Source: a virus
Taxonomy: Duplodnaviria; Caudoviricetes
IMG/VR virus record: IMGVR_UViG_3300037762_000068
Span: 1 to 33,638 of that record
Reading direction: 5' to 3' (one strand)
Length of the DNA stretch: 33,638 bases
This document shows, in pieces, positions 1 through 8,042 of the stretch. The position numbers were made by a program, and so were the translations under genes. Under the pieces are notes generated by a model that made no database searches, had not been told where the DNA came from, and saw nothing but the letters and a program-made list of their open reading frames with translations. Numbering within the stretch: the stretch's first letter is position 1; every line of letters begins with the position of its first letter.

Positions 1-150
1 CGCACCTGGTCGCGCACCTGGGCGCGCACCTGGGCGCGCACCTGGTCGCGCACCTGGTCGATCACCTGGTCGCCCACCTGGTCGCGCACCTGGTCGCGCA
101 CCTGGTCGCGCACCTGGGCGCGCACCTGGTCGATCACCTGGTCGCCCACC
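1..150. repeat. 12-bp coding tandem repeat (cgcacctggtcg variants)
   Basis: About 12 copies directly visible; encodes VRDQ/VRAQ/VIDQ/VGDQ on the minus strand. Confidence 0.95.
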
Positions 151-380
151 GCGCGCGCTCGCAGGAAGGCGCACGCGACGGCCACCTCGAGCGGGGAGCG
201 CATCCAGAGCCACCACTGCGGCTCCTCACGGCCGCCCTCGACGTAAGCCTCCCGGATCCCGCGCCAGGCGCGCTCCCGGTCCCCGGGACCTGTGCGTAGT
301 CCGATCTCGATCCAGCGGTCCCGAATCGCCGGGAGCTCCGCGGCGCGCTTCGCTGAGAGCTTTGTCAGCCGCTTCTGCAT
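1..380 (-). CDS. Phage protein with V(R/G/I)(D/A)Q tetrapeptide repeats, DUF6745-like, truncated by window edge
   Basis: Not in the ORF track. ATG at 380 with GGAGG upstream; reads MQKRLTKLSAKRAAELPAIRDRWIEIG...SPLEVAVAC...VRDQVRAQ and stays open to position 1. Confidence 0.8.
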   Translation of the reverse strand, partial: MQKRLTKLSAKRAAELPAIRDRWIEIGLRTGPGDRERAWRGIREAYVEGGREEPQWWLWMRSPLEVAVACAFLRARAVGDQVIDQVRAQVRDQVRDQVRDQVGDQVIDQVRDQVRAQVRAQVRDQV

Positions 381-449
381 CACTGCCTCCGCTCAGGTTG
401 GGGGCGGGCGTGGGCGCCCCTCAGAGCGAGGAGCGCCCGGCGACCCGTT

Positions 450-755
450 TCAGTCGAGGACCTGCCGCCACTCCTCCTCGTCGTCGTACTCCCTCTGGAT
501 CACGACCTCGTAGAGGCCAGGGACGACCTCGATCGTCGAGTGCTCCTCGTGGCGGAGCTCCGCGCCACTCGGCACCCGCAGGAATCGCCGCTCCTCGAGC
601 ACCAGCAGCTCGGCGTCGGGCTCCTCGAGCGCGTGCGCGTGACCGGTCACCTCACCGTAGGCGAGCACGACGCGGCCGCGGTCGCGGCGCACCTGCTTCA
701 CGCCCTCCGGGATCTCGTCGACGGGCACTAGAAGGACGTCACCCTGTCGGAACAT
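450..755 (-). CDS. Conserved phage hypothetical protein (RQGDV...GE.TGH.H...HEEH...QREY type, typically next to DUF6745 genes)
   Basis: ATG at 755 with AGGAGG at 762-767. The longer ORF-track version runs through the repeat in a shadow frame. Confidence 0.85.
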   Translation of the reverse strand: MFRQGDVLLVPVDEIPEGVKQVRRDRGRVVLAYGEVTGHAHALEEPDAELLVLEERRFLRVPSGAELRHEEHSTIEVVPGLYEVVIQREYDDEEEWRQVLD

Positions 756-919
756 CGGATACCTCCTGTGTTTGGCTACATGGATCCTGGCCCGCCATGG
801 ATCGGGCCAAGAAAGCGGCGCCGCGCATGACCGCGGACCTGGGAGCCATCGCTCCCGGCGAGACCGCAGGGCACGTCCCCCCGGGCGTGCCGCGCCTCCG
901 CCGCTCACTGCTCTCCGCG

Positions 920-1786
920 TCACGCGGCCACCGCATCCGGCCTCAACTCGGCCATGCGCCGGTACAGGTCGATCGCGGACTCCTGTAGATGCTCGACGGT
1001 CGGACGGAGGACGTCCCTCGCTGCGTCCCCCGCTGCGGCCCCCGCTGCGTCCCACGCTGCGTCCCCCGCTGCGGCCCCCGCGGCGGCCCACGCTGCGGCC
1101 CTCGCTGCGGCCCACGCTGCGGCCCACGCTGCGGCCCACGCTGCGTCCCACGCTGCGGCCCCCGCTGCGGCCCTCGCTGCGTCCCACGCTGCGGCCCACG
1201 CTGCGGCCCACGCTGCGTCCCACGCTGCGGCCCCCGCTGCGGCCCACGCTGCGGCCCACGCTGCGGCCCTCGCTGCGGCCCTCGCTGCGTCCCTCGCTGC
1301 GTCCCACGCTGCGTCCCCCGCTGCGGCCCCCGCTGCGTCCCACGCTGCGGCCCCCGCTGCGGCTGCACTCTTGCGAGCGCGGTTGAGAAATTCGAGCGCA
1401 CCCTTCATCGTCGCGGTGTCCGCGATCTCGGGCAGCGCTTCGAGCGCGGCCGCCTCAGCCTCCAGCTTCGCGAGCCGGAGCCATGTCGGCGTGTACGTGC
1501 GGACGATCCAGTCGGCCGCCATGAGCCCGCGCCGCTCGGACAGGCCATCCCCTGCGGTACCGATCAGCGACGGGATCAGCGGCACGAGCTTTTGGCGTCG
1601 CTCGTCGTCGAGTGCGTCGTTGAGAGATCGGCCCATCTCACCGAGCACCGGGCAGACACACGCAGGGTGGTCGGTATGCTTGGCGCCGCGCACGAAGGCG
1701 ACCGCCTCCAGTAAGCAGAGTCCGTCCCTGGGGTCGTCGTGCTCGCCCTTGCTGAGCACGAGCATCGTAAGGTCGTAGTCAGTCAT
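920..1786 (-). CDS. Phage hypothetical protein with Cys/His-rich N-terminus and AAW(D/A) repeats
   Basis: GGAGG RBS; C..EAVA..G..HTDHP.CV.P motif; Ala-rich 4-aa repeats. Confidence 0.85.
   Translation of the reverse strand: MTDYDLTMLVLSKGEHDDPRDGLCLLEAVAFVRGAKHTDHPACVCPVLGEMGRSLNDALDDERRQKLVPLIPSLIGTAGDGLSERRGLMAADWIVRTYTPTWLRLAKLEAEAAALEALPEIADTATMKGALEFLNRARKSAAAAGAAAWDAAGAAAGDAAWDAARDAARAAARAAAWAAAWAAAGAAAWDAAWAAAWAAAWDAARAAAGAAAWDAAWAAAWAAAWAAARAAAWAAAGAAAGDAAWDAAGAAAGDAARDVLRPTVEHLQESAIDLYRRMAELRPDAVAA
1012..1363. repeat. 12-bp coding tandem repeat gctgcgKcccHc
   Basis: About 29 copies visible; encodes AAWD/AAWA/AAGA/AARA. Confidence 0.95.
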
Positions 1787-1819
1787 GCATCCTCCGTCGG
1801 CGTCAGGTGGTTTGTTTGC

Positions 1820-2038
1820 TCACAGCATCGGCTCCGTCCGCTTGAGCGTCGCGTCTCGAAGCACCCGCCGCTTGAGCTCCATCCGCAGCCGGTGCGCCTC
1901 CCGGATCTCGGCCCACGCGTGCGCGTGCCGTTCGTCCTCGGCGCGCCGGACGAGCGCGTAGCGCATCGTCTCGGCGCAGAGGCCGAGGAAGCCGTGCAGT
2001 GCGAGGCCGGCGAGGAGCCAGGGGCCGAGGGCGGTCAC
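1820..2038 (-). CDS. Small hypothetical protein with hydrophobic N-terminus
   Basis: GTGA overlap with the upstream gene. Confidence 0.6.
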   Translation of the reverse strand: MTALGPWLLAGLALHGFLGLCAETMRYALVRRAEDERHAHAWAEIREAHRLRMELKRRVLRDATLKRTEPML

Positions 2039-2484
2039 TGGTCCGAGAGCCCCGGCCTAAGCGAGTACCGAGCGTGGCGTCCACTCCCGTCCGGCCCATG
2101 CGACTCGCGATCGGTCAGCACGGCATCAGCCCCGAACGCTTCGCGTAGCTCGAAGATCCGGCCAGGCAGATTGTAGCAGGGCGGATCGAGAAGCATCGCG
2201 CCACGCTTGGTCAATGAGCCGTACTCCCTGAGCGCCTCGAGCACCTGGACGGCCTGTGGCCGGAGGCGCTTGCTGGGGCTTGCCGAGCGAGCCTGCGGGG
2301 CGCGGGAGCCGTTACCCGTGTCCGAGGCCGTCAGGAAGCCCTCGACGATTCTCAGGACATCCTCGCGGCTCACGTAGCGAGGCCCGTCAGACTGAATGGC
2401 GGGCTCGCCGTGCCTGATGCGGGCGCGCGGGGTAGCGATGATCCAGCCGGGGCCGCGGGCTTTGCGCACGAAGAGGGCGGTCAT
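2035..2484 (-). CDS. Winged helix-turn-helix protein (HTH_39-like C-terminus)
   Basis: ATG at 2484 overlaps upstream stop (ATGA); motif QVLEALREYGSLTK..A......NLPGRIFELRE. Confidence 0.7.
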   Translation of the reverse strand: MTALFVRKARGPGWIIATPRARIRHGEPAIQSDGPRYVSREDVLRIVEGFLTASDTGNGSRAPQARSASPSKRLRPQAVQVLEALREYGSLTKRGAMLLDPPCYNLPGRIFELREAFGADAVLTDRESHGPDGSGRHARYSLRPGLSDQ

Positions 2485-2912
2485 GATGCCACCTCGCGCC
2501 AGTACCGCGCGGCCAGCGCAGCGAGCGTGCGCCACTCCTGGCCTGCCACCCAATCCCGGAACACGCGCACCGTCGTCTCGCTCCCGTAGCCGTCCACGAG
2601 GTCGTGAGCCGCACCACACGCCGGTACCATTAGCCGACCATCGTCGGCACTCAGGTGGGCCGCGGTGTGCCAGAGGCCCCTGCTGCCTGGTCCGCACTTC
2701 TCATGGCCGGGACCTGAATAAGCGAACGTCACGCAGAAGCACTCAAGGTCGCGGATCGCGTCGAACTCGGGCCCATAGCGTGGGTCGTCCGCGTGGACCT
2801 CGGAGAAGCAACGGGCCTCCAGGGGCGTCCTGCGCTTGAGCCCCTCGCGCGAGCGGTCCTGCCATGCGCGGATCTTCGCGGGGTCAGCGCGGAGCGGGGT
2901 GCGGCGCTTCAT
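2481..2912 (-). CDS. Putative Zn-binding HNH-like/DUF968-like nuclease
   Basis: MKRRTPL start; CFC...C...H..AHL...MVPAC...H pattern; ATGA-coupled at both ends. Confidence 0.55.
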   Translation of the reverse strand: MKRRTPLRADPAKIRAWQDRSREGLKRRTPLEARCFSEVHADDPRYGPEFDAIRDLECFCVTFAYSGPGHEKCGPGSRGLWHTAAHLSADDGRLMVPACGAAHDLVDGYGSETTVRVFRDWVAGQEWRTLAALAARYWREVAS

Positions 2913-3340
2913 CCGTCCATCCGGGTCAAAGCGTTCTGATGCGCGATGGCGGAGCGGTCGAGCTCGATGAGCGTCCTGATGCGCCAGTATTCGTTGTTCG
3001 CCTTCTCGCGGTTCTCGATCGCTACCGCCGTGCCCTTGATGTGGTCGCTGAATCTCTGGTCGGCGCGGGCGAGGCGTTCAAGCTTGGCTTCGCTCAGGCC
3101 CTCCTTCGCGTGCGTCACCGCGTACTCGCTGGCGAGACGGGCGAGCAACGACTTCGTCTCGTTCTCCAGTTGGTAGGCGACGGCTAGGGCTCCGGCGCGA
3201 ACGTTGCCGGCCGTGTCGAGCCGCTCCACTAGGTCGTAGGGATCGTGGCCGATGTGGATGGCCAGCATCTCGCGAGCGCTGTCGGGTGCGTGCGGCTCCC
3301 TTGAGGGGCGCCGTGCCTTGAGCTCTTCGGTGCGCGTCAT
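2909..3340 (-). CDS. Helical/coiled-coil hypothetical protein
   Basis: Likely start MTRTEELK at 3340; ATGA-coupled downstream. Confidence 0.7.
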   Translation of the reverse strand: MTRTEELKARRPSREPHAPDSAREMLAIHIGHDPYDLVERLDTAGNVRAGALAVAYQLENETKSLLARLASEYAVTHAKEGLSEAKLERLARADQRFSDHIKGTAVAIENREKANNEYWRIRTLIELDRSAIAHQNALTRMDG

Positions 3341-3537
3341 CGTTCTATCTGAGGCGCAGGCGACCCCGTCCCCGTCGAGTAGGGCATGGTACCCGCTGGA
3401 AGCTCTGTCATCGCCCATTCTTCCGTGGTGTGCCTCCCCGGTTCGCCAATTACGCCGGGGCCTCCGTGGCCTTGCCTACGGAAACGCCAGCGTGCGTTGC
3501 TCTCGCCAGTCCTGCCTTGGGTACTGCTCTTCGACGG

Positions 3538-3790
3538 ACCCGGACGGGTGTAGGGGTTCCCGGGCTGTTGCGGCCGTGGCGCAGCGAGAGACTTGACCCC
3601 GTCTTTTGGCGACCGGCTCCTCGGTCCACCCTGGGGAGACGGTCGCAGAAACCAGTGATCGCATCGGCAAAAGAGAAGGACCTGTACGCCGCTCCAACAC
3701 CCGCTAGCCGAGGGTGCCCCGGCCGTTAGGCGCGGGGAAGCGTACAGGTCCTTCATCAGTTCGTTCAATGCGGCTAGCATCTCTGAAGCT
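3538..3790 (-). ncRNA. Putative structured RNA, copy 1 (C4/CI antisense-like architecture)
   Basis: Perfect 15-bp stem 3675-3689/3740-3754 enclosing two hairpins; motifs shared with 6699-6960; promoter directly upstream. Confidence 0.65.
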
Positions 3791-3796
3791 ACTCCT

Positions 3797-3826
3797 ATTC
3801 TATGGTGTGAAAGGACGGGCGGTCAA
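3797..3826 (-). promoter_or_regulatory. Sigma70-like promoter TTGACC-18-TAGAAT
   Basis: Near-consensus hexamers in a short AT-richer intergenic stretch. Confidence 0.65.
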
Positions 3827-3830
3827 GCCC

Positions 3831-4346
3831 TCAGAAGATCGGCTCCGTGAGGCGCAGGGGACCGAACGGGAGGTCATCAGCCACGGCCCCACCTCGCGCG
3901 TACTCCTCCTCCTCTTCGTCCGCATCTTCCTCCGGTGCGTCGCGCTCCGTGAGCTCGATGACGCTGAAAACCCGGTAGCGGTTGCCACCCTTCGGCTCCT
4001 CCCAGCCCTCGAACGCGACGTGGAAGTTCTTGCCTTCATCCTCCGCCGTGATCTTGCCGGTGAGCGTCGTGGACTGCGTGCCGACGTTGACCCTCATGCC
4101 AGACTTGATCCCGACGGTGAAGTCGGCACCTTCCTCGTCCCTGCCCTGCGCCTCGAGCGGCGCACCGCCGACGTTGCTGAGATCGATCGTCACGGCGAGG
4201 CCATACTTCGTGCTGAACGAGCCGGCCACGCGGCCCTCGACCCACGCGTAGGAGTCACCCCAGCGCACGAACGGCGCGCCGCCAGCACCACTTCCGCCGC
4301 GCTCCCTGCCCCTGCCCCTGACTTCGTCGGTCCTCGACATGGTCAT
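3831..4346 (-). CDS. Putative single-stranded DNA-binding protein
   Basis: Beta-rich core, very acidic tail with DDLPF, adjacent to exonuclease. Confidence 0.65.
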   Translation of the reverse strand: MTMSRTDEVRGRGRERGGSGAGGAPFVRWGDSYAWVEGRVAGSFSTKYGLAVTIDLSNVGGAPLEAQGRDEEGADFTVGIKSGMRVNVGTQSTTLTGKITAEDEGKNFHVAFEGWEEPKGGNRYRVFSVIELTERDAPEEDADEEEEEYARGGAVADDLPFGPLRLTEPIF

Positions 4347-5227
4347 GCCTCCTGGCTTTCCAGTTCCACAGGAATGGACTCGTCATAAATACGCTCGCGG
4401 GGAGTCCGGCCCGCGAAGTCGTCAGTATCGCTTTGCCACACTCTCATGAACGCGGCGGCGCGAAATACCTTCCACAGCCGGTCCTCGACCTCGGGATTGA
4501 TCGGATGCAGCGTCGCCTTGTTCGGCTCGACGTGGACGATGCCGAGCCGGTCCACGAGGCCCTGCCAGGGGATGACCTTGCCCGTCCACTTCGCATCCGT
4601 GCCCTCAGCCTGGACGATGGCGTACTCGGCGTGCTTGTATGCGACCTGTTGGACCGCGTGCTCAGCGTAGATCCCGGAGCTCGATTTCCAATCGAGAATC
4701 CACGACTCCCCGTCGTGGATGTCCCAGAGATCGAACGTTCCCGCGTAGCCGACGGTGTGATTGAGCACCGTGATCTCGATGCCGAGGATGCGGGAGGCGC
4801 GAGCCTCCAGGAAGTGCGTCGCTGCGCTGGCGCAAGCGGCCTCGTCCTCCGTCATCGCGGGCAACTCGGCCTTGCGAGCGAACGCCTCGATGGCGTCGTG
4901 TATCGCGGTGCCCCGGTCGCCCGCGTCGTCGCGCTTCGTCCACGGCGAGCCCTTGAGCAGCTTGACGGCGTTCGTGCGGTCGAGCTTCTCCCACGACTCG
5001 CGGTTATCGTAGGCGAACTCGGCTACCGTCTTCGCGGCCCAATTGCCCATCCAGTCCTTGGGGATGCCACGAAGCAGCGTGGTGACGCGACGGAGGAAGT
5101 CGCCATTCACTCGGTAGCCATAGCGGTCAAGCGTCACTTCGACGGTGCGTGCGGACTCAAGATCCTTCATGACGCTACGCAGCCTGTCCGCCGTCCCGAC
5201 CTCCGGCGCTTCCTTCGTTGCTGTCAT
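4343..5227 (-). CDS. PD-(D/E)XK exonuclease (RecB/Cas4-like phage family)
   Basis: RGTAIH...E...GYAGTFD...ILDWKSS...QQVAY motifs; start MTATKE at 5227. Confidence 0.85.
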   Translation of the reverse strand: MTATKEAPEVGTADRLRSVMKDLESARTVEVTLDRYGYRVNGDFLRRVTTLLRGIPKDWMGNWAAKTVAEFAYDNRESWEKLDRTNAVKLLKGSPWTKRDDAGDRGTAIHDAIEAFARKAELPAMTEDEAACASAATHFLEARASRILGIEITVLNHTVGYAGTFDLWDIHDGESWILDWKSSSGIYAEHAVQQVAYKHAEYAIVQAEGTDAKWTGKVIPWQGLVDRLGIVHVEPNKATLHPINPEVEDRLWKVFRAAAFMRVWQSDTDDFAGRTPRERIYDESIPVELESQEA

Positions 5228-5433
5228 GGGGTGCCCTCCTCGATTCGTTCGATTTCGCCAGCCCGCCGTAGCGCCCGCTCGGCCATGATGGCGTCGGTCT
5301 CCGAGCCATGGTCCCAGGGTCGCGCACGTAAGGCCTCGGCGGCACGGCGCTTCGCGCGCTCCAGCCTCAGCCGCTCGGCCGCTCGCTCGTTCGCCCACAT
5401 GCCGGGGATCAAGGGTGTCGTGGGGAGGGTCAT
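5224..5433 (-). CDS. Small hypothetical protein
   Basis: ATGA-coupled on both sides. Confidence 0.6.
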   Translation of the reverse strand: MTLPTTPLIPGMWANERAAERLRLERAKRRAAEALRARPWDHGSETDAIMAERALRRAGEIERIEEGTP

Positions 5434-5492
5434 CGGTTGCGCTCCATGTAATTGGGGGGGGCAACCAACTGGAAACTCAGCGGGAGCTTCAT
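5430..5492 (-). CDS. 20-aa micro-ORF MKLPLSFQLVAPPNYMERNR
   Basis: Exact ATGA overlaps at both ends. Confidence 0.5.
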   Translation of the reverse strand: MKLPLSFQLVAPPNYMERNR

Positions 5493-5608
5493 GCTGTCCA
5501 CCACACGCGCACCGGACGCCACCGCTTCGCCCCACCGAGCGTGCCGTTGTACCGATAGAGGACGACGGTCCCGCGCTCGCGGTAGAGGCGCCAGCCGAAG
5601 AGGCTCAT
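5489..5608 (-). CDS. 39-aa Trp/Arg-rich small protein
   Basis: MSLFGWRLY...VWWTA; ATGA overlaps at both ends. Confidence 0.55.
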   Translation of the reverse strand: MSLFGWRLYRERGTVVLYRYNGTLGGAKRWRPVRVWWTA

Positions 5609-5778
5609 GGCTTCACCTGTCGAAACAACTCGTCCAGGGCGCGAGTGAGCGCGATGACCGCATCACGGTACTCGGTCTCGGCCTCCTCCAGTCCGCTTTC
5701 CCGGCGGACGGCACGGCCGAGTTCGGCGCGCGCCTCCTCACGCTCGTCGATGAGGCGGTCGATCTCGTGGCGGGTCAT
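5605..5778 (-). CDS. 57-aa helical small protein
   Basis: MTRHEIDRLIDE...RQVKP; ATGA overlaps at both ends. Confidence 0.65.
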   Translation of the reverse strand: MTRHEIDRLIDEREEARAELGRAVRRESGLEEAETEYRDAVIALTRALDELFRQVKP

Positions 5779-5984
5779 GCGGGCCTCCGTCTGCCCGTCA
5801 GGTAGTCCGAGAGTCGCCGCAACGTGTCGAGCGGTGGATCGGTGACGAGGCCCGCCCGGTAGCGACGGATTGTGTTCACGTGCAGGCCAGTGCGATACGA
5901 CACCTCGCTCTCGTTCAGGCCGACCAGCCGTGTCCTAATTTCGTCGAGTGTCAGCACCGTGGTCCTTCGAGACTTCGGCCTCAC
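5775..5984 (-). CDS. Cro/XRE-like HTH transcriptional regulator
   Basis: NESEVSYRTGLHVNTIRRYRAG...PPLDTLRRLSDYL. Confidence 0.85.
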   Translation of the reverse strand: MRPKSRRTTVLTLDEIRTRLVGLNESEVSYRTGLHVNTIRRYRAGLVTDPPLDTLRRLSDYLTGRRRPA

Positions 5985-6364
5985 GATACTTGTGCATGCG
6001 CGATGGCTGCGTTCACTTGCGCGACCAGCGCCTCACGGCTCGGACGGTTGCGACGCGATTCCGCGATCCACTCGCGGTAGCACGGACCGCACGCCAGCAC
6101 GACGGGCGAGCCGGTACCCGAGTGGCTGATGGCCACGGCGGTCGCGTCGCATGAGTCGCAGACGTGTTCGCCGCGGCGCACGGCTCGCGTGATCGCCTCG
6201 TGCGCGCGCGCCGTCCCGTTCATCCAGCGGCCGCGATCGACCACCGTCATCACGGTCGGGCCGTTCGGTCGCGCGTCCTCGGCCTCTACCATCTCGCGCG
6301 CGTCAACGAGCGGGAGACCGTCGGCCTCGTACTGGTTGATACGCTCCTGCCGCGTCCGGTTCAT
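5981..6364 (-). CDS. Hypothetical protein with CxxC...CxxC zinc finger
   Basis: ATG at 6364 with purine-rich RBS; CDSC and CGPC motifs. Confidence 0.7.
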   Translation of the reverse strand: MNRTRQERINQYEADGLPLVDAREMVEAEDARPNGPTVMTVVDRGRWMNGTARAHEAITRAVRRGEHVCDSCDATAVAISHSGTGSPVVLACGPCYREWIAESRRNRPSREALVAQVNAAIAHAQVS

Positions 6365-6408
6365 CGTGTCCCCTTTCCTTCCGTTGGTTGCCTTGTGCCC
6401 ACCATAGA

Positions 6409-6424
6409 TGCCACGACCGTGGCA
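6409..6424. promoter_or_regulatory. Palindromic putative operator TGCCACG-ac-CGTGGCA
   Basis: Perfect 7-bp arms upstream of the early operon, just 3' of TTGCAT on the minus strand. Confidence 0.5.
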
Positions 6425-6698
6425 CCAATGCAAGCACTTTGTGAGTCCACTTCGGAAGATGTTGGCTAGACGACAATCGCCCGCCAGATAGCGGCGGCCA
6501 TTTGTCGGGGCAAGTGTCACGGACGTGAGCCACCCATTCCTCCCGCTTGTGGGAAGATAAGGCGAGGTGACGGCTATGTACGATACGGTCAGGTGCCGCG
6601 CGCGGTTGGTCAGGCCACGCCCTCCCGCATAGGCTTGGCTGACTCGGGCACGTAGGCCCTGCATCCGACAGTGGCCTGGCACTCAGGCGAGTAGCGGG

Positions 6699-6960
6699 GA
6701 CCCGGTCCCTGGGTCGGTAGCCGGGTACGTTTGGTGGTGGCCCGCATCGGATGGCTGACCCCGTCTTTCGCGGGGCGCCGTCGCGCCCCGCTGGGTGGAC
6801 GGTCGCAGAAACCCATGACGTACTCGCAAAGAAAGACCCCGTACCGTTTGACCCAGCCTAGCGGGACCAACTACGGCTGCCCGGCCGAAGCCGGAGAACG
6901 ATACGGGGTCCTTCAAGTAAAGCCTGGTTCTGCTTGGTCCCACTATTTCGGTCACCGCAA
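6699..6960 (-). ncRNA. Putative structured RNA, copy 2 (C4/CI antisense-like architecture)
   Basis: 18-bp stem 6831-6848/6897-6914 that is complete only with G-U pairs on the minus strand; cUUCGg hairpin; motifs shared with copy 1. Confidence 0.65.
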
Positions 6961-6977
6961 AGCTACTACATGAGCCC

Positions 6978-7670
6978 CTACCGCGCCACCGCGATCGCGA
7001 CCGCAGCCCCACCAGCGCACCCGATCAGCGCCAGGTCCCCGCGCCCGCGCGTCATCTCGGAGCATGCCCACCCAGCGGCGACGGCCGCGGCTGTCCAGGC
7101 GAAGTCCCCGATCGCCAGGCTCCAGAACGTGGGCCGGAGCTGGCGACGCAGCCCGGCCTCCAGGGTCTCGCGCGCGCGGATCTCGGCGAGGGCCGCGTCT
7201 AGCGCATCGTCGACCCGGAGCCGTAGTCGCCGCTCGGCGCCGTGGGCCGTCCACGCGGAGGCTGCCTCCTCCTCGGCGCTCACGCGCAGCGCCCGCTCGG
7301 CGCCGAGCTCTGCCGCGCTCGCGGCGTTGAGCGAGTCCACGAGGATCTGCAGGTCGGGGGGCGCGATCGCGGCGATCTGTCCCCGCAGCCTGGCAGCCTC
7401 TGAGCCGGCCCGGCGTCCGGCCGAGCGGAGCGCCTCCCGCTCCTGGTCCCACCGGGCGGTAGCAAGCTGGAGCGCGAGCGTCGCGGTCTCGGCGGCCTCG
7501 CGTCCTGAGTCGGCCAGCGCCACGGCCGCCCGGCGCTGGGTGCGCGCGACGAGTACGGAGTCCTCCAGTGACGCGACCCGCGCGCCGGCGAAGCTCCCGT
7601 GCGCGAGGGTGGCCACGAGCGCGATGGCGAGGCCGGTGGCGAGGCCGGCGAGGAAGGGCTTGGTGCTCAC
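6978..7670 (-). CDS. Coiled-coil membrane protein, possibly spanin-like
   Basis: Hydrophobic N- and C-termini, Ala-rich coiled coil, at the end of the lysis cassette. Confidence 0.6.
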   Translation of the reverse strand: MSTKPFLAGLATGLAIALVATLAHGSFAGARVASLEDSVLVARTQRRAAVALADSGREAAETATLALQLATARWDQEREALRSAGRRAGSEAARLRGQIAAIAPPDLQILVDSLNAASAAELGAERALRVSAEEEAASAWTAHGAERRLRLRVDDALDAALAEIRARETLEAGLRRQLRPTFWSLAIGDFAWTAAAVAAGWACSEMTRGRGDLALIGCAGGAAVAIAVAR

Positions 7671-7996
7671 GCTGCCGCCCCGTCATGCACGAACCCATGC
7701 CACTGGCATCCACCCATGAGCCCGACGCTGGCCGCCGCGGGGCCGACGAAAGTCAGATCGTCGATCCCGGTCCCCGCCGGCTCCCAGCGTCCTGGGCCCG
7801 GCGTCTGGCTGTCTGGCACGCCCCGGTCCGCGAACCAGCAGATGATGGTGTGGGTCCCGACGGCGCCGCCGTTCCTGGCGTAGCACATGGGGCAAAGGAA
7901 CATGACGCCCTGTGCCTCGGCGAGCGTGGGCACGACGTGCATCCGGCGCTCGTCCACGATGACGAGGAACTTAGCATCAAGGTCCCGGAGGCTCAC
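7667..7996 (-). CDS. DUF6527-like Cys/His small protein
   Basis: FLCPMC...W...G...DDLTF...GC.WHGFV.DG pattern. Confidence 0.65.
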   Translation of the reverse strand: MSLRDLDAKFLVIVDERRMHVVPTLAEAQGVMFLCPMCYARNGGAVGTHTIICWFADRGVPDSQTPGPGRWEPAGTGIDDLTFVGPAAASVGLMGGCQWHGFVHDGAAA

Positions 7997-8042
7997 CGCA
8001 CGGCGAACGACGCGCGCAGGAGCACCACGGCTAGGACGATCC

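Noticed and set aside
1-1363. Diversity-generating retroelement
   Set aside because: No reverse transcriptase and no template/variable repeat pair differing at adenines.
772-1778. Repeat-rich ORFs in alternative frames (RPTL, QRGP, PRCG)
   Set aside because: These are shadow frames of a stop-free 12-bp repeat. Only 920-1786 has an RBS and plausible flanking domains.
3753-3759. Hammerhead ribozyme core CUGAUGA on the minus strand
   Set aside because: No GAAA follows the adjacent stem, and the motif is absent from copy 2.
4343-5227. Cas4 as part of the RAMP system
   Set aside because: It lacks the Cas4 Fe-S cysteine set, lies 22 kb away, and sits in an ordinary exonuclease-SSB recombination context.
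6756-6813. HDV-like ribozyme in the conserved motif pair
   Set aside because: There are too few nucleotides between the putative P2 and P4 to form P3/L3/P1.
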